A stretch of DNA of 59,218 nucleotides, the filler included, from Ionaspis alba (Eukaryota): NCBI GenBank assembly GCA_964255285.1. It is 5 parts of 5 records of this genome, joined end to end, with 100 filler letters (N's around TTAATTAATTAA, not from the genome) between each part and the next. Parts side by side here need not be neighbours in the genome. Positions count along the whole stretch, not along the records: positions 35,636 to 47,379 come from CAXUUL010000542.1; positions 47,480 to 59,218 come from CAXUUL010000543.1; 3 more parts are not named here. One strand, 5' to 3'. Position 1 is the stretch's first letter. Every line of letters starts with the position of its first letter. The translations under genes and the position numbers were made by a program. The notes beneath the pieces were generated by a model. It was not told the origin of the DNA, did no database searches, and saw nothing but the letters and a program-made list of their open reading frames with translations. This document shows, piece by piece, positions 37,583 to 49,737 of the stretch.

Positions 37583-38414
37583 TACGCAATCCTCCTATTG
37601 GGGTAAAAGCTCGAAGGCATAACGGTGCTGCACGAAGACTTCCACTCTTACAGGCCCTGGACCGCTAGTACTAGCTCCAGATAGCCCACAGCCATTGCTC
37701 ATGATGTCAACATGATGGAACTTTCTTCCTCTTCTCCCGCACATGAGAGAATTACTTTTTCCATTGAGTCCGATCACGCTCTTCCTAGCTGTGAGTCGAT
37801 GCCGCATCTAGCGAGACCGAATCCTGCCGTGGCTTCCTCTCACTCACTATGCGGTATGGCAGACAATTTGAGTGTTGGGACAATCAGTGCTCGTTCACAG
37901 AAAGCACAGGGCTGGCTTCCGAGGCAAAAGATTGCATGGCTAAAAGTTCGAAGCACATCATCATCATCATCAACAACAAGGTTTCAAGCCTGCAGGCCCT
38001 ACTTCTCTTGCCTTACTCTGGTATTAGCAGCAGCGCCGACCCTGGTATCTACTATGGAGTCCAAGCTGGATTCCATAAAACAGAGCCTATTGAAACAGCC
38101 CGTGCGGATTGTGTGCTTACGGCTAGACGCCTTTGGGCGCTCTCTGCGATCGGAAGCAAGTCGACTGTGGATATCCAGTGTCCCTAGTGGCAAGCACTAC
38201 CGTACAAGCTGCCGTGTAATCCTTTCTGATGTAGTGCATGTACTGAGTCGTTGGTTCTTGTGAATCATCAACTGGGTACTGTACTCTACATATTCGATAC
38301 ATTTCCCCAGATCCTCCTCGATTCTCCTCAATCCCATCTCTCCACACCTGTCCTACCCAATTTTCTCTCCTCAAGGTTTCTCCCTCTTTTTGCATCACAT
38401 CGTTCCCTACCATC

Positions 38415-40060
38415 ATGTCGGATCTTACAGCAACAGTCGAAGTGACCAAGAATGGATTCCATGTCGACGGATACGAGAAGATCTCTTATGACTTTACCTT
38501 CCTTGACGGTGTCTTCAATATCGAAAATCCCCAATTGGCCGAATGCTACAAGAGATGGGGCCGTGTTCTGGCTGTTACCGACCTAAACGTCTACAACGTC
38601 TACGGACAACAGATTGAGAAGTACTTCGCACACCATGGCCTAGAGCTCAAGGTACACAAGACCAAGATTGGAGAGAAGGCCAAGACAATCCCAACACTAT
38701 TGAGCATTGTGGACTCGATGACCGAGTTTGGCATTTACCGAAAGGTACTCGACTTCATCAAACCATCCCCCATTCCGAAAGTATAATGATTTATCATTTC
38801 TAGGAACCTGTTCTTGTTGTTGGAGGAGGCCTTGTGACCGATGTTGCTGGGTAAAAGCTCGCCACTGCCAGAGATTATATCAAGGCACTCTCCCATCAAT
38901 CTCCTAAGGGTTGTCGTCTCTGTTGTGCGCATGAGCTAACAACGCATAAACGCCACAGGTTCGCTTGCGCTGCCTATCGTCGCAACACCAATTTCATCCG
39001 GGTGCCGACTACCGTCATTGGTCTGATTGACGCCTCGGTGTCCATCAAGGTCGCTGTCAACTATGGCAACTACAAGAATCGCCTAGGAGCCTACCATGCC
39101 CCTATGCACACTTTCCTCGACTTCACCTTCCTCCGCACCCTTCCCACTGCACAAATCAGAAATGGCTTTGCAGAGTTGATCAAGATTTCCACCTGCTCAC
39201 ATCTTGATACATTTAACCTGCTGGACAAGTACTGCGAGCAGCTCATCGATACTGGCTTTGGTCGTACAGATGGAGCCCCGGCAGAGGTTCGAGAGGCTGC
39301 AGACAAGATTAATAGAGAAGGTATCCACGAAATGTTGAAGCTGGAAACACCCAACCTTCACGAGATCGGGTTGGACCGAGTCATCGCCTATGGACACACG
39401 TGAGCACCCCGAATGAGAATTTCACCTTGTCAAGATCTAATCATCATTAGCTGGTCACCGATGCACGAGCTCGTGCCCGAGACCCCATTACGCCATGGCC
39501 ACGCAATCTCCATCGATATGGCATATTCAGCCACTCTTGCGAACAATCGCAAGCTCATCAGCGACGCTGAACACCGCAGGATCCTCAACCTGTTTTCCCG
39601 AGCCGGACTCTCAATGGATCATCACATGTTCGATGAAGACATCCTTGACAAAGGCACCGCTGCTATCCTCAAGACCCGAGATGGCAAGCTCCGTGCTGCC
39701 GTGCCCAATCCCATCGGATCTTGCACTTTCATCAATGACATCGAGGCCGCGGAGCTGAACGCTGCGCTACGACGACACAAGCAATTGATGCGCGAGTACC
39801 CACGCAATGGCGAGGGTCTTGAGGCCTTCGTTGATTCGAGCGATACTGGGTACACGGACAATAACAAACAGGAAGTGCAATTGATGGAAGATGCGGCCGA
39901 AGAGGCTGGCAATCTGAACGGCAATGGCCACATTCATGGCGGGTCGGTAACGAACGGCTACCACAAGGATGCTAATGGCGTAAAGGAGAAGCTTGCCAAT
40001 GGCTCTGCCAAGGGTATTACGAATGGTGTCAATGGTTTCACCAATGGTGCGAAGGCTTGA
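38415..40060 (+). CDS. mysA: Demethyl-4-deoxygadusol synthase (sedoheptulose-7-phosphate cyclase), 4 exons
   Basis: Standalone DHQS-fold protein: [62 protein letters not shown]-type motifs [11 protein letters not shown] and [27 protein letters not shown]. Confidence 0.93.
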
Positions 40061-40666
40061 TAGAGATAAAAAAGGAGGTTTCCAAATGTTTTAGACTAAA
40101 AAAGATTCACGTATCCCAAACACCTTTATACTTAGTCATATTAGTTTTACTGCCATCGTCAATATTTTCTAAGAAACTTAGAATCAGAAATCTAGGATAA
40201 TAATCGATGTAGATGTGATGAAATCTGAATTTGAGATACATGTAAGCGCAATGGTCGACAATCCAATGTTCGTGGATGAGTCTTCCGTACTGAAGCCCTT
40301 CTGTAGACGAGCATGTGAAACACTGCAAATCGATCGGCTCCTAGTTACTACGATTGCACGACACACAAGAGGATTGTCATCCGAATTTTCCACGTGAGTA
40401 TTATTACGTCCAGTCAACACAGATCATGCAACAGCCACCTACCAAGGTGATTGAGAAATGACGTAGTCTGGTCACGCATGTGCAGTACTAAGCTCAAATT
40501 TTCTCAAGCATTATTTGACCGCATTTCTTTTGATATCACCAGCACTATTTTCCTCTAGCATCATTGAGCCTCTGACACTACCATGCGTGATAATCAGCCT
40601 TCCAGCTAGACAAGTCCAAAAACCCGCTATCCTCCAAAACACACACCAAACCACAGTCGCAGCAAT

Positions 40667-42094
40667 ATGCTCGACGGTCAGTCGCCGTGGGTTTTACATT
40701 TTGCCCAAAACCTGCTACTCATCTTGTTGAGTCTCTGTCTTTTACCCTTGGACACTTTCGTCCTTTTCGCCAGTTATGCCTTGCAAATTCTCGTTCCACA
40801 CGACACTACTCGGCGGCAGATCCGGCGTTCACCAGGCTTCCACCCGAGAACTGTTCTCGTCACCGGAGTAGGAATGTCCAAAGGGTTGGCTCTTGCACGA
40901 ATGTCCTACGAAGCTGGCCATAATGTCATAGGGGCTGATTTCGAACCCCATGGAGTCCCGGTCAATGGTCGATTCTCTAAAGCTCTGAGGAAGTTCTATG
41001 CATTGTCAAAACCAAATGAGAGAGATGGGTCAGCCTACTACATTCAAGACCTGCTCAGAGTGATCAGAAGGGAGAAGGTGGATCTGTGGATTAGCTGTTC
41101 CGGTGTTGCCTCTGCTGTCGAGGACGGTCAGGCAAAGGAAGTCATCGAGAGGAGGTCAGATTGCAAAGCCATCCAGTTCGATGTCGAGACTACGGCGACA
41201 CTGCATGAAAAATACAGCTTCATACAGCGGACCATGTCGTTAGGACTACCAGCGCCAGAGACTTACGATGTCGATAGCAGAGATGCCGTGCACAAGGTAC
41301 TGCATGGAGCGCGGAAAAAGCAATATATCATGAAGAGTGTTGGCGTTGATGACGCTTCGAGAGGCAATATGACGTTATTACCTCGACGAACCGTCAGCGA
41401 AACGTACTCACATGTTTCGAAGATTGCCATTTCCAAGGAGAAACCGTGGGTTTTGCAGCAGTACATCCGTGGAGAGGAGTATTGCACCCATGCCTTGGTC
41501 ATCAATGGACGCGTCGAAGTCTTCGTGGCCTGTCCAAGTCTGGAGCTCCTCATGCATTACGAAGCCCTACCTGCCAGCTCCGCGCTGAGTCAGGCGATGC
41601 TGAAGTTCACTCATGAGTTTGTGGCCAGAAGTGAAGGAGGCATGACGGGTCATTTATCGTTTGACTTCTTGGTCGAAGAGACCGCCACGGAGAAAGGATT
41701 GACTAAGACCCTTTATCCCATTGAATGCAATCCGCGAGCTCACACTGCGGTCGTGTTGTTCGCTGGCCAGGGTGTTGCGATGGCTAGAAAGTACTTGAAA
41801 GCTCTAAATCCGGAATTGAATGGGATAGCCAACGGTGACTCAGCCAATATTGTGACTCCTCATCGGCCGAGGAAGTATTACTGGGTTGGTCATGATCTGG
41901 TGGCATTGGTGCTTTATCCGGCGCTTCTGGTTCTCACTATGCGAATGAGTCTCTCAGAATTTGTGGCACAGTGCTACAAATTCGCAGAACATGTATTATC
42001 ATGGAAAGATGGTACCTACGAGGTTTGGGATCCTCTGCCTTGGTGGTGGTTGTATCACATTTACTGGCCTGGACAGTTCTTGTCTTGTATCCTA
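40667..42094 (+). CDS. mysC: ATP-grasp ligase, MysC-equivalent (3' end in N gap)
   Basis: TVLVTGVGMSKGLALAR, LHEKYSFIQ, YIMKSVGVDDASRGNMTLLP, WVLQQYIRGEEYCTH, TGHLSFDF, YPIECNPRAHTA, YYWVGHD, WDPLPWWWLYH. Directly downstream of the DDG synthase gene. Confidence 0.9.
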
Positions 42095-42194
42095 NNNNNN
42101 NNNNNNNNNNNNNNNNNNNNNNNNNNNNNNNNNNNNNNNNNNNNNNNNNNNNNNNNNNNNNNNNNNNNNNNNNNNNNNNNNNNNNNNNNNNNNN

Positions 42195-43315
42195 AAATTC
42201 TACTTCTTCCTCGTGAGTCGCTCCTGCTTACCTGCTTTCACGACACACGAGTGTCCTGACTCTTCGTCGATTGCAGACTTGGATATCCTTCCCAGCTTTT
42301 CTATACTTGGCTGTAGCTCCGTTATGGCCCCGAACACAGAAGTTCGTGAACGTCTACGCTACTACTGCTCTCGATGTGGCATTTGCGATTTTTTGGCTTT
42401 CGGCCTTTTGTGCGGTCCAAGTTTGGACAGATTCGGGCATCAAGGATAATTTAAAAGGCTGCTCGGACTTCGAGTATGGAGATGAGAGTAAATGCAACAT
42501 TAGTCACGCAACCGCAATTATGGGGGTAATCGTGTTGTAAGCAATAAGACCAATTCGAGCCTGAGAGCATTACTAATAATGATGGTAGCATCTTGTGGCT
42601 AATTGCTGCGGTGATCTCGGTCTACTCGCTCATTTACTTCCGCAAGAACGGCACGATGCCAAATATTCGCCTGCAAATTTCGAAGCCTACGTTTGACGAG
42701 TGTGAATCCAAAGCCGGTTACAACCACACCACGACACGCCCACAAACCCGGCTACATACACGCCCGAACCGTGGTAGACAAGACGAAGAACATGGCTCGG
42801 TGCACACCGAGACAGAGGAAGGGACTCATCCTGGCCGACCTCTTAGTTGGGGCCAAGAACCACCGTTGACGGCTCCACCAACTTACAATCAATCCGGAGT
42901 TCCTGTGTTCAGACCCGTTCAATATGTCTCAGAACCATCAGAAGAGACGAACAACTTCCGCCAATCCTTCCTGGCTCCCAGACGCAATCGGCAACCTCCG
43001 GGTGCCCTTCCTCTGCACCCAGCGATCCACCGCTACAATTCCAACATTGGGAATCCTTTTGCGCAGGAGGGATCGAGCTTTGCCACGGGCAATGGACAGG
43101 CTCCTTACAATACCTTGCGTGAATTTGTGCGACAGCCGTTGCCCGGTCCGGCGAGCTTGCACGCCGGTGGGTACAACTCTGCGTTTCACACACCCCTGCC
43201 GCCTGGAATGGGACCGGGTAACAACTCATGGCGAGATGACCAAGAAGTGGGAACCAAAAGCGGTGAAAAGGAAGGGGGACGATTAGCATTTCCGCCGGCG
43301 GATTATTCACGATGA
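42195..43315 (+). CDS. MARVEL-like multi-pass membrane protein with Pro-rich C-tail (5' end in gap)
   Basis: TWISFPAFLYLAVAPLWPRTQKF...ALDVAFAIFWLSAFCAV...C...CNISHATAIMGVIV|...LWLIAAVISVYSLIYFRKNG, with GT-AG introns. Confidence 0.7.
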
Positions 43316-43585
43316 TGTCAGGATTTGATGACTGAGCAAATATACGGCGTTCTGGTGCACGGGAGTAATATCAGTAGATATCAAGATACCATGGGATTGG
43401 GTCATTGTGGAGTTTGATTAAGAAGATACACCCATAGCTGCTATTAAGCTTATCACAATTCAATCCTCATTCACCGTCCACTCATCGACAGCGCCATAGT
43501 TCCAACGACGCCTTTAGTAGCTTGACAGTGACCCGAATTTTGCAAAGCCGATAGTATCTTACACTCCCCCCCTGATGCTCAGATC

Positions 43586-44227
43586 TCAAGACTTCCCATT
43601 TCCTGTCCGCAAATGTTGCTCCACCTCCGACCTCAAAGACTTCAGATCCGCGCTCTCCGTCCCATCCGCCTCCACAGCCCTAGCAATCCACTCCGCAGCC
43701 TCGTCCCATCTCCCCATCTCCGCCAAGCACTTTCCCCTCCTCCACCACGCCTTGCCATTCCCAGGGGCCGGCTTCATCTCCACACTCGTCGCAGCGTCCG
43801 CGGCTCCCTCCGGCCACATCTGCATCCCCATGTATGCCTGGGCTCTGTTCGACAGCAGGACCGATACCTCTTCGCGCACGATGGCTCCGGGCTCCCACAT
43901 GGGTCGTCCGAGCGCCATTTCGAGAGCATAGGTGTAGTATTTGATGGCTTCTTGGATGTGGGTTTGAGAGGATGCTGGGGTGTTCTTTTTGCCCATGGAT
44001 GCGTTGCCTTGCTCTCGCATTTTTTGGATGGCGGCACTCCTTTTCGGGTTCAGAGGCACCGGGGGTGGAGGGACGCCGGCGGAATTGTCGAGCGTGAGTA
44101 GTGCGCGGTGGGTTGTGTTTAGAAGGGTGAGTTCGGAATGAAGGCTGGGATTTGGAATAGTCGGCGCGGATATTGCTTTGCTGCTGGGATCGAGATGCAG
44201 TGGGAGGAGGGTAAATGTTGGGTCCAT
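43586..44227 (-). CDS. SEC72: Sec63-complex TPR subunit Sec72
   Basis: FTLLPLHLDP, LNTTHRALL, PPPPVPLNPKRSAAIQKMREQGN, ALEMALGRPMWEP, LSNRAQAYM and KAWWRRGKCLAEMGRW. Confidence 0.88.
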   Translation of the reverse strand: MDPTFTLLPLHLDPSSKAISAPTIPNPSLHSELTLLNTTHRALLTLDNSAGVPPPPVPLNPKRSAAIQKMREQGNASMGKKNTPASSQTHIQEAIKYYTYALEMALGRPMWEPGAIVREEVSVLLSNRAQAYMGMQMWPEGAADAATSVEMKPAPGNGKAWWRRGKCLAEMGRWDEAAEWIARAVEADGTESADLKSLRSEVEQHLRTGNGKS

Positions 44228-44926
44228 GATGAGGATGTGGTGTTTGGTGGTGGTGAAAAGAGGGTTCCAACGCCGCTGCTATGCAGCGTTCTCGTATACC
44301 TTGTGCCAAATGAGACGTCTGTTGTGCAAGATTCGGTAGGTAGCCGATGTCATTGTGTGCTATCCGTCTGCAAAACGCGTATCAGAGGCTGGCGTTGAGG
44401 ACACTTTTTTCGTTGCGGAATGCCAAGCAATACAGCTACAGCCCTGTCTCGCACTCCTCTATGGCCTTCTTGTGCAGAAAGGGATATTTATGGGAATATG
44501 ATTTCCGATCTTAAACTAATTCAGGATATGCTTCTCTACCACTACTCTAGGACTCATGATTGTGAATTATATTGATCACCAATTGGAGGATGTGGTTTAG
44601 CCCTTGGCATGATCGGAGAGCGCGAGCCCGAACCTCCGACGAGTGGTGACGATGTTCCCTCGTCCGCTGCAGTCTTGGTCGGAGGGGAAGCTAATAGGAT
44701 GACATGGAGAGCTAAAGAGCAAAAAAGAAGAAGGAAAGAGAACCAGCGTCGTTGATCTTGCTCTTGCACTCGGTCAGGGAGCAAACAAGAAAAGGCACCC
44801 CCCCAATCTATCATACCTTTGTTCTAGTGGCTTGCTACGAGCAATGCGTGAAAGAGATACTTGCAATCCTTCTTCAACGGTCTACCACGAAGCACCTTGA
44901 ATTCCAATTCGCAAGCCATCACTGGC

Positions 44927-46996
44927 ATGAAACCACCTCCATCCGTGTGGACTGCGAGGTCTCATAATTTGTCGCAGACTCTGGGTGGACATGGAGGCTT
45001 GGAACCCCACGAGTGGAATGCTCTTATCGGTATCGTCACAGCAATCGTCGGCAACGTTCTGATCTCCTTCGCTCTCAATATCCAACGGTATGCACATATC
45101 CGATTGAGCAGACAGCGCCATCGGCAACATGATTCGTGGAAAGGCAAGAGCAGCTACGGCACACAGGTCAAAATTGCAGAGGAAAGAGCAGAGCTCAATC
45201 TCAATGCACCTGCAACAAACGCAGCGGGGCGGTCCAACGGTGATTACCACGACGAGAATACTCCTTTGAATTCTAGACGCAGCTCATCTGAGTCTACTGT
45301 TAAACACGAGAAAGATGGACGTCAGGAGCCAAACACCACGTATCTAAAGTCCCCCTACTGGTGGGCCGGCATCTTGCTCATGACTGTCGGCGAAGCTGGC
45401 AACTTTCTGGCATACGGCTTCGCACCAGCTTCGATAGTGTCACCCTTGGGAGTCGTTGCTCTCGTTTCGAATTGCATCATAGCACCATGTCTACTCAAGG
45501 AACGTTTCCGGCAACGAGATCTCTGGGGTGTCCTCGTTGCCGTTGGAGGAGCGGTTACAATCGTGTTGAGCGCGAAGAACTCGGAGAATAGGATGAATCC
45601 GCATGATCTGGGGGCTGCTATTACGCGATGGGAGTTTGAGCTCTATCTTGGGATTAGTGCTGCTGTGATCATTACCCTCATGTGGACGAGCAGTAAATAC
45701 GGGGGACGGTCGATTCTTATCGACCTGGGTCTGGTCGGATTATTTGGTGAGTTCTATGTCTGAACGATTATGTGGCAAAGCTGATCAATGACCTTAGGTG
45801 GCTACACTGCTCTCTCGACTAAAGGTGTTGCTTCATTGCTTTCCGGCTCCCTGTGGCGTGCTCTCACCTTCCCCATAACCTATCTTCTCGTCTTGGTTCT
45901 TGTTGCTACAGCACTCCTACAAATACGTTACGTCAACCGTGCCCTACAACGATTCGATTCAACCCAGGTCATCCCTACACAGTTCGTCCTATTTACCATA
46001 TCCGTCATCATCGGCAGTGCCATTCTATATCGCGACTTCGAATCAGCCACAGTCGAAAGAGTCGCTAAATTCGCAGGCGGATGCGCGTTGACCTTTCTCG
46101 GGGTCTATCTCATCACAAGTGGCAGGCCACGGGGCGGAGAAGATGATCAGCAGGGGCCAGGTGAAGACGAGGAGGGCGGTATTGGATTGATTGACGAGGA
46201 GGCACAGGCTGAAGACGCAAGAGATGATTATGGTGCTGGCCGCAATCGAAGAAAATCGATGGCCAGTGTCACATTCTACGATGGGCCCATGGAGGATGGT
46301 GTTCAGGATCATTCACGTAAAGGATCGCAGGCGCGAAACTCCATACCACCGACTACTCAACGACATGACTCGACACTCTCGTCTGCCACTTCACGGTCTA
46401 TCAGTCCTCGCAATGCTGCGGTGGAAACGCCGCTGCTTGAGAACGCTTGGCAGTCCCGAAAAGATTACCAAGGTGTTCGTCGATCGATGCAAAGCACCAT
46501 CTCGTCGCCACAGCTGCCAACGTCCGATAATCATCTATTGGGGCCGTCGGCAACTCATGGACAGGACCCAGAGAATATTGGGTCTCCGGTAGCTGATAGG
46601 CCATCTACGTTATCGAGGCACTCCATGTCTCGCATGATGCCCGGACCATACATAACACCTCTTTCGTCATCACTGAGCGCGATCGTGGCAGATAGTCTGC
46701 GACGGGGAGTAGAGCTTCCCGGGCGACGGCGACAGCAGCGGCGGGGGCTTTCAGAGCTTCGGAAGTCGAGATCGCAGCGGTTGACTGATAGTGGGAGTCA
46801 CGAGGGACCTGCACCCGTCAGGTCACCGTTGAAGACCGCACAGTCTGCTGTTGAGCCACGGTCTGATCAGTCGTCGAGCGGGAAAGGAAGGTCTGTCAGC
46901 TTGGGTACAAGCTTCGGGGATTTCTTCCAGTTCCATCGAGCTCGAAGCTCAAGTAATGACGACAATGTTAAGAAGAATGTGATCGATGACACCTGA
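44927..46996 (+). CDS. NIPA/DUF803 family (putative Mg2+) transporter
   Basis: IGIVTAIVGNVLISFALNIQRYAH, YLKSPYWWAGILLMTVGEAGNFLAYGFAPASIVSPLG, intron about 45748-45798, GGYTALSTKG, YVNRALQRFDSTQVIPTQFV. Start codon uncertain. Confidence 0.9.
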
Positions 46997-47379
46997 GGGC
47001 GGAGGACAGAGAAAAGTGTTTTGGCAGCTGAAGAGATCGATATCATTGAGGCGAATAGGGAGCAATTCGCGCTTATACCCCGTAATCTCCAAGGTTAGAA
47101 TTGCGCATTATTGTTGCTTTACATGTACGCCATACGATTTCTTGGGATTCTATACATAGGTGCATATGGATGAGCGTGATTACATGCGGTGGGGCTCGGG
47201 AGTACGGGTCAGGGTTTCTATGTACAGCAACGGCGTTCCTGATTGGAGTTATTTCTTCGAGGATGTGGAAATGAAGCTCGAGATTAATCCTGACGTGATC
47301 GACACACCACCCCCAACAGATGGTTAAGATTATGCCAACCAGCCATTAGGCTAGTCGTTACGGGAAGTTGCACAGGGAG

Positions 47380-47479
47380 NNNNNNNNNNNNNNNNNNNNN
47401 NNNNNNNNNNNNNNNNNNNNNNNTTAATTAATTAANNNNNNNNNNNNNNNNNNNNNNNNNNNNNNNNNNNNNNNNNNNN
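47380..47479. other. Artificial scaffold-joining linker
   Basis: N44-TTAATTAATTAA-N44. Confidence 0.97.
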
Positions 47480-47902
47480 AGATCGACTCCAGCCACAGGT
47501 CTAGACCCTCTACCCGGCCTTGGCAATGATAATCGTCTTCGGCTTGATCCGGAGTGGCTGGAGGATGTATTGCCACAAGGTACTCCTTACTTTGGACGCA
47601 ACAAGTGGTCATACCATAATGCGGGACTTGGTTTCGGTTTCTCGTGGGAGTTGAAGAGGTATCACTCACAGCTATGGCCTGCGGGACCGTTGCGCTCTAG
47701 GACAGCGTACCATCTGCCTGTGCTTTGCTGCACGGGATCTTTCGTAGTCGCTGGAACTATATCATCTCCTACTCGTACCTCCATGCCACTTCTCCGTGGC
47801 CCAAACAAGCCTCTCCACGTTCAAGATGCTGATGGAAAGCCTTCGTCTTCGTTGACCACGTATGCCCAATCGCTTCCTCCTTGTTCTACTTCATCGTCCT
47901 AG
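47480..47902 (+). CDS. Possible 3' fragment of an unidentified gene
   Basis: The reading frame is open from the scaffold edge for 140 codons (LRLDPEWLEDVLPQGTPYFGRNKWSY...). No family recognised. Confidence 0.25.
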   Translation, partial: RSTPATGLDPLPGLGNDNRLRLDPEWLEDVLPQGTPYFGRNKWSYHNAGLGFGFSWELKRYHSQLWPAGPLRSRTAYHLPVLCCTGSFVVAGTISSPTRTSMPLLRGPNKPLHVQDADGKPSSSLTTYAQSLPPCSTSSS

Positions 47903-48605
47903 TGCGTTTCCTTCCACCTGAACGGCGAGTGCGTAAGACAGACTTCCCACATATCAAACCGACTACTGAGGCAATAATACTCGAAGAAACGTGTACCGTA
48001 CATCATAGCCGAACTGATGCCGGTCTGTCAGGGATTAGAGGAGGCTTAAGCTTAAATTCCCTGGTTTCTGCGGGCTCTTTCCTACGATGCAATCGGCTGC
48101 AGCTGCGCCTTCCAGTGATGCATCCACAGCTGAGAATAGTCAACAGATGTTCACATAATCATCCCATCTTGCGTCCGCGGACTATGAAGATTCACCACGA
48201 ATTCTTCCTCGCAGGTCTAGTGGGGTCGTCATCACAGCTCGGCCACGTAGCGGAACGACCGTATCCATTCCCTTCGACGATTCCCATGCAGCCTCAAGCG
48301 TGCTCCCCGGGGAACACGAACCCTAAAACTCAATCGCCGATGAAGCGCTTGGCAAGTAAACATTCCAATTTGCCCATATACCATCCATTGTAGGATCGGG
48401 AATATAAAGACAGAAAGAACGACCACTATGTCGTCGCGCCAGAAGACGTCTCACCTTCTAACATCTACTTCCTCGTTCTCAACTATTAGCCTGCGTCTCA
48501 ACTTCGTCTGTTTCCTCATTCTCAATCACTAGCCTTTGTCACATCTTTATCTCTTCCTAAATAGTCCTCGAATTGCTACTCGAATTGAGAAGTTACCTGT
48601 TCATC

Positions 48606-48821
48606 ATGTGCGTCGAAATATATGCTACCTACGTCTGTGGCCACACTGTCCCCATCTGGGTGCCATGCAGTTCTCTCTCCCTCTACGCTTGTCCCAAGTA
48701 CCAGCAGCAATTCAGATGCCGACCTCTACGATGTTCTTGCACCTGTCCGGCTGCCCTGGCGTCTACCGAAGCAGCCCAAGATACCAGCTACGGCTCAGGC
48801 TGGAATTCCTCAACATTCTAG
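48606..48821 (+). CDS. Small Cys-rich protein (71 aa, MC-x8-CGH type)
   Basis: MCVEIYATYVCGHTVPIWVPC...C...C...CSCTC. TATAAA near 48403 is followed by a pyrimidine-rich leader; ATG context is CATCATG. Confidence 0.5.
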   Translation: MCVEIYATYVCGHTVPIWVPCSSLSLYACPKYQQQFRCRPLRCSCTCPAALASTEAAQDTSYGSGWNSSTF

Positions 48822-49737
48822 AAGCTACAGAGCATACCGGCTCACCAGCACACCGGATCGAGTTCCAGCAAACTCGTTACTACAAACCTGACGGCCCTCG
48901 GGAAGCGAAAGCAACGAAACAGGCACATTGCCCATCACAAAATCAATCAATTCAAAGACGACCTCCTGACTGTTCGCTAAGACCACGGAAGGACAATATA
49001 ACCACCGACATCTTCCATTTGGCTTGAATAAGCCTCACTGATGCCGGGTACTTCTCCTCAAACCGGCTTGCGTATCCCAGCCTTATCGATCCCCACGATG
49101 CCCACGAATCACGACTATTATGAATCTCTATCTAAGAACTCGCCTTCATACATACGACCGAGCACACGAGGAGTCCAGGCCACAGTTCGCTATTTGGTCA
49201 TAATTATCTCCACTCACGTCGGCCATGAGCTTCTGTACTGGACTTGGATTGTGTTTGGCACTGCGATCGAGTTGAAGACCCAATATTCAAAAAGTTCTAC
49301 CAGTGAAGACATATGCAACCTTTCATAGCGACAAGCACCAGTTTGTAATAAGATACCCCCTGAAGGCAAATTCTCATTCACCTATAGTGTATATAGGAAC
49401 GATCAATCATTAAGCAGATCGAATCTCATAAATAGAATCGAATATATTTCAAAACGGAGAGAAATTCTTACTGAGTATGACGTAGTTGCTTCGACTGTAA
49501 AAACCTCGAGACTGGCATTCGAGAGATATCCGTCTAGACTGGAGAATCAAGACCAGCAACGTGAAAAATGATACCAATGTCTATAAAAGACCATAAACTT
49601 ATCAAGAGTTCGTTGCGCATCTCTGTATTTTGAATTGTACAATGATAGCTTTGTAAAATTTTCTTCGATTTTTACTTTCTCCCTTAAGCAGTCGTGTCCA
49701 GCCCCAATCCTCACCGACAATGGTATACCTACAGTGC

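Noticed and set aside
38415..40060. 3-dehydroquinate synthase or EEVS (gadusol/validamycin type)
   Set aside because: Fungal DHQS is part of the pentafunctional AROM protein. The motifs PNLHE and LDRVIAYGH, with OMT and ATP-grasp neighbours, indicate DDGS.
42195..46996. MARVEL-like protein, SEC72 and NIPA transporter as cluster export genes
   Set aside because: These are general conserved genes beyond an unsized gap, and nothing in the sequence links them to mycosporine synthesis.
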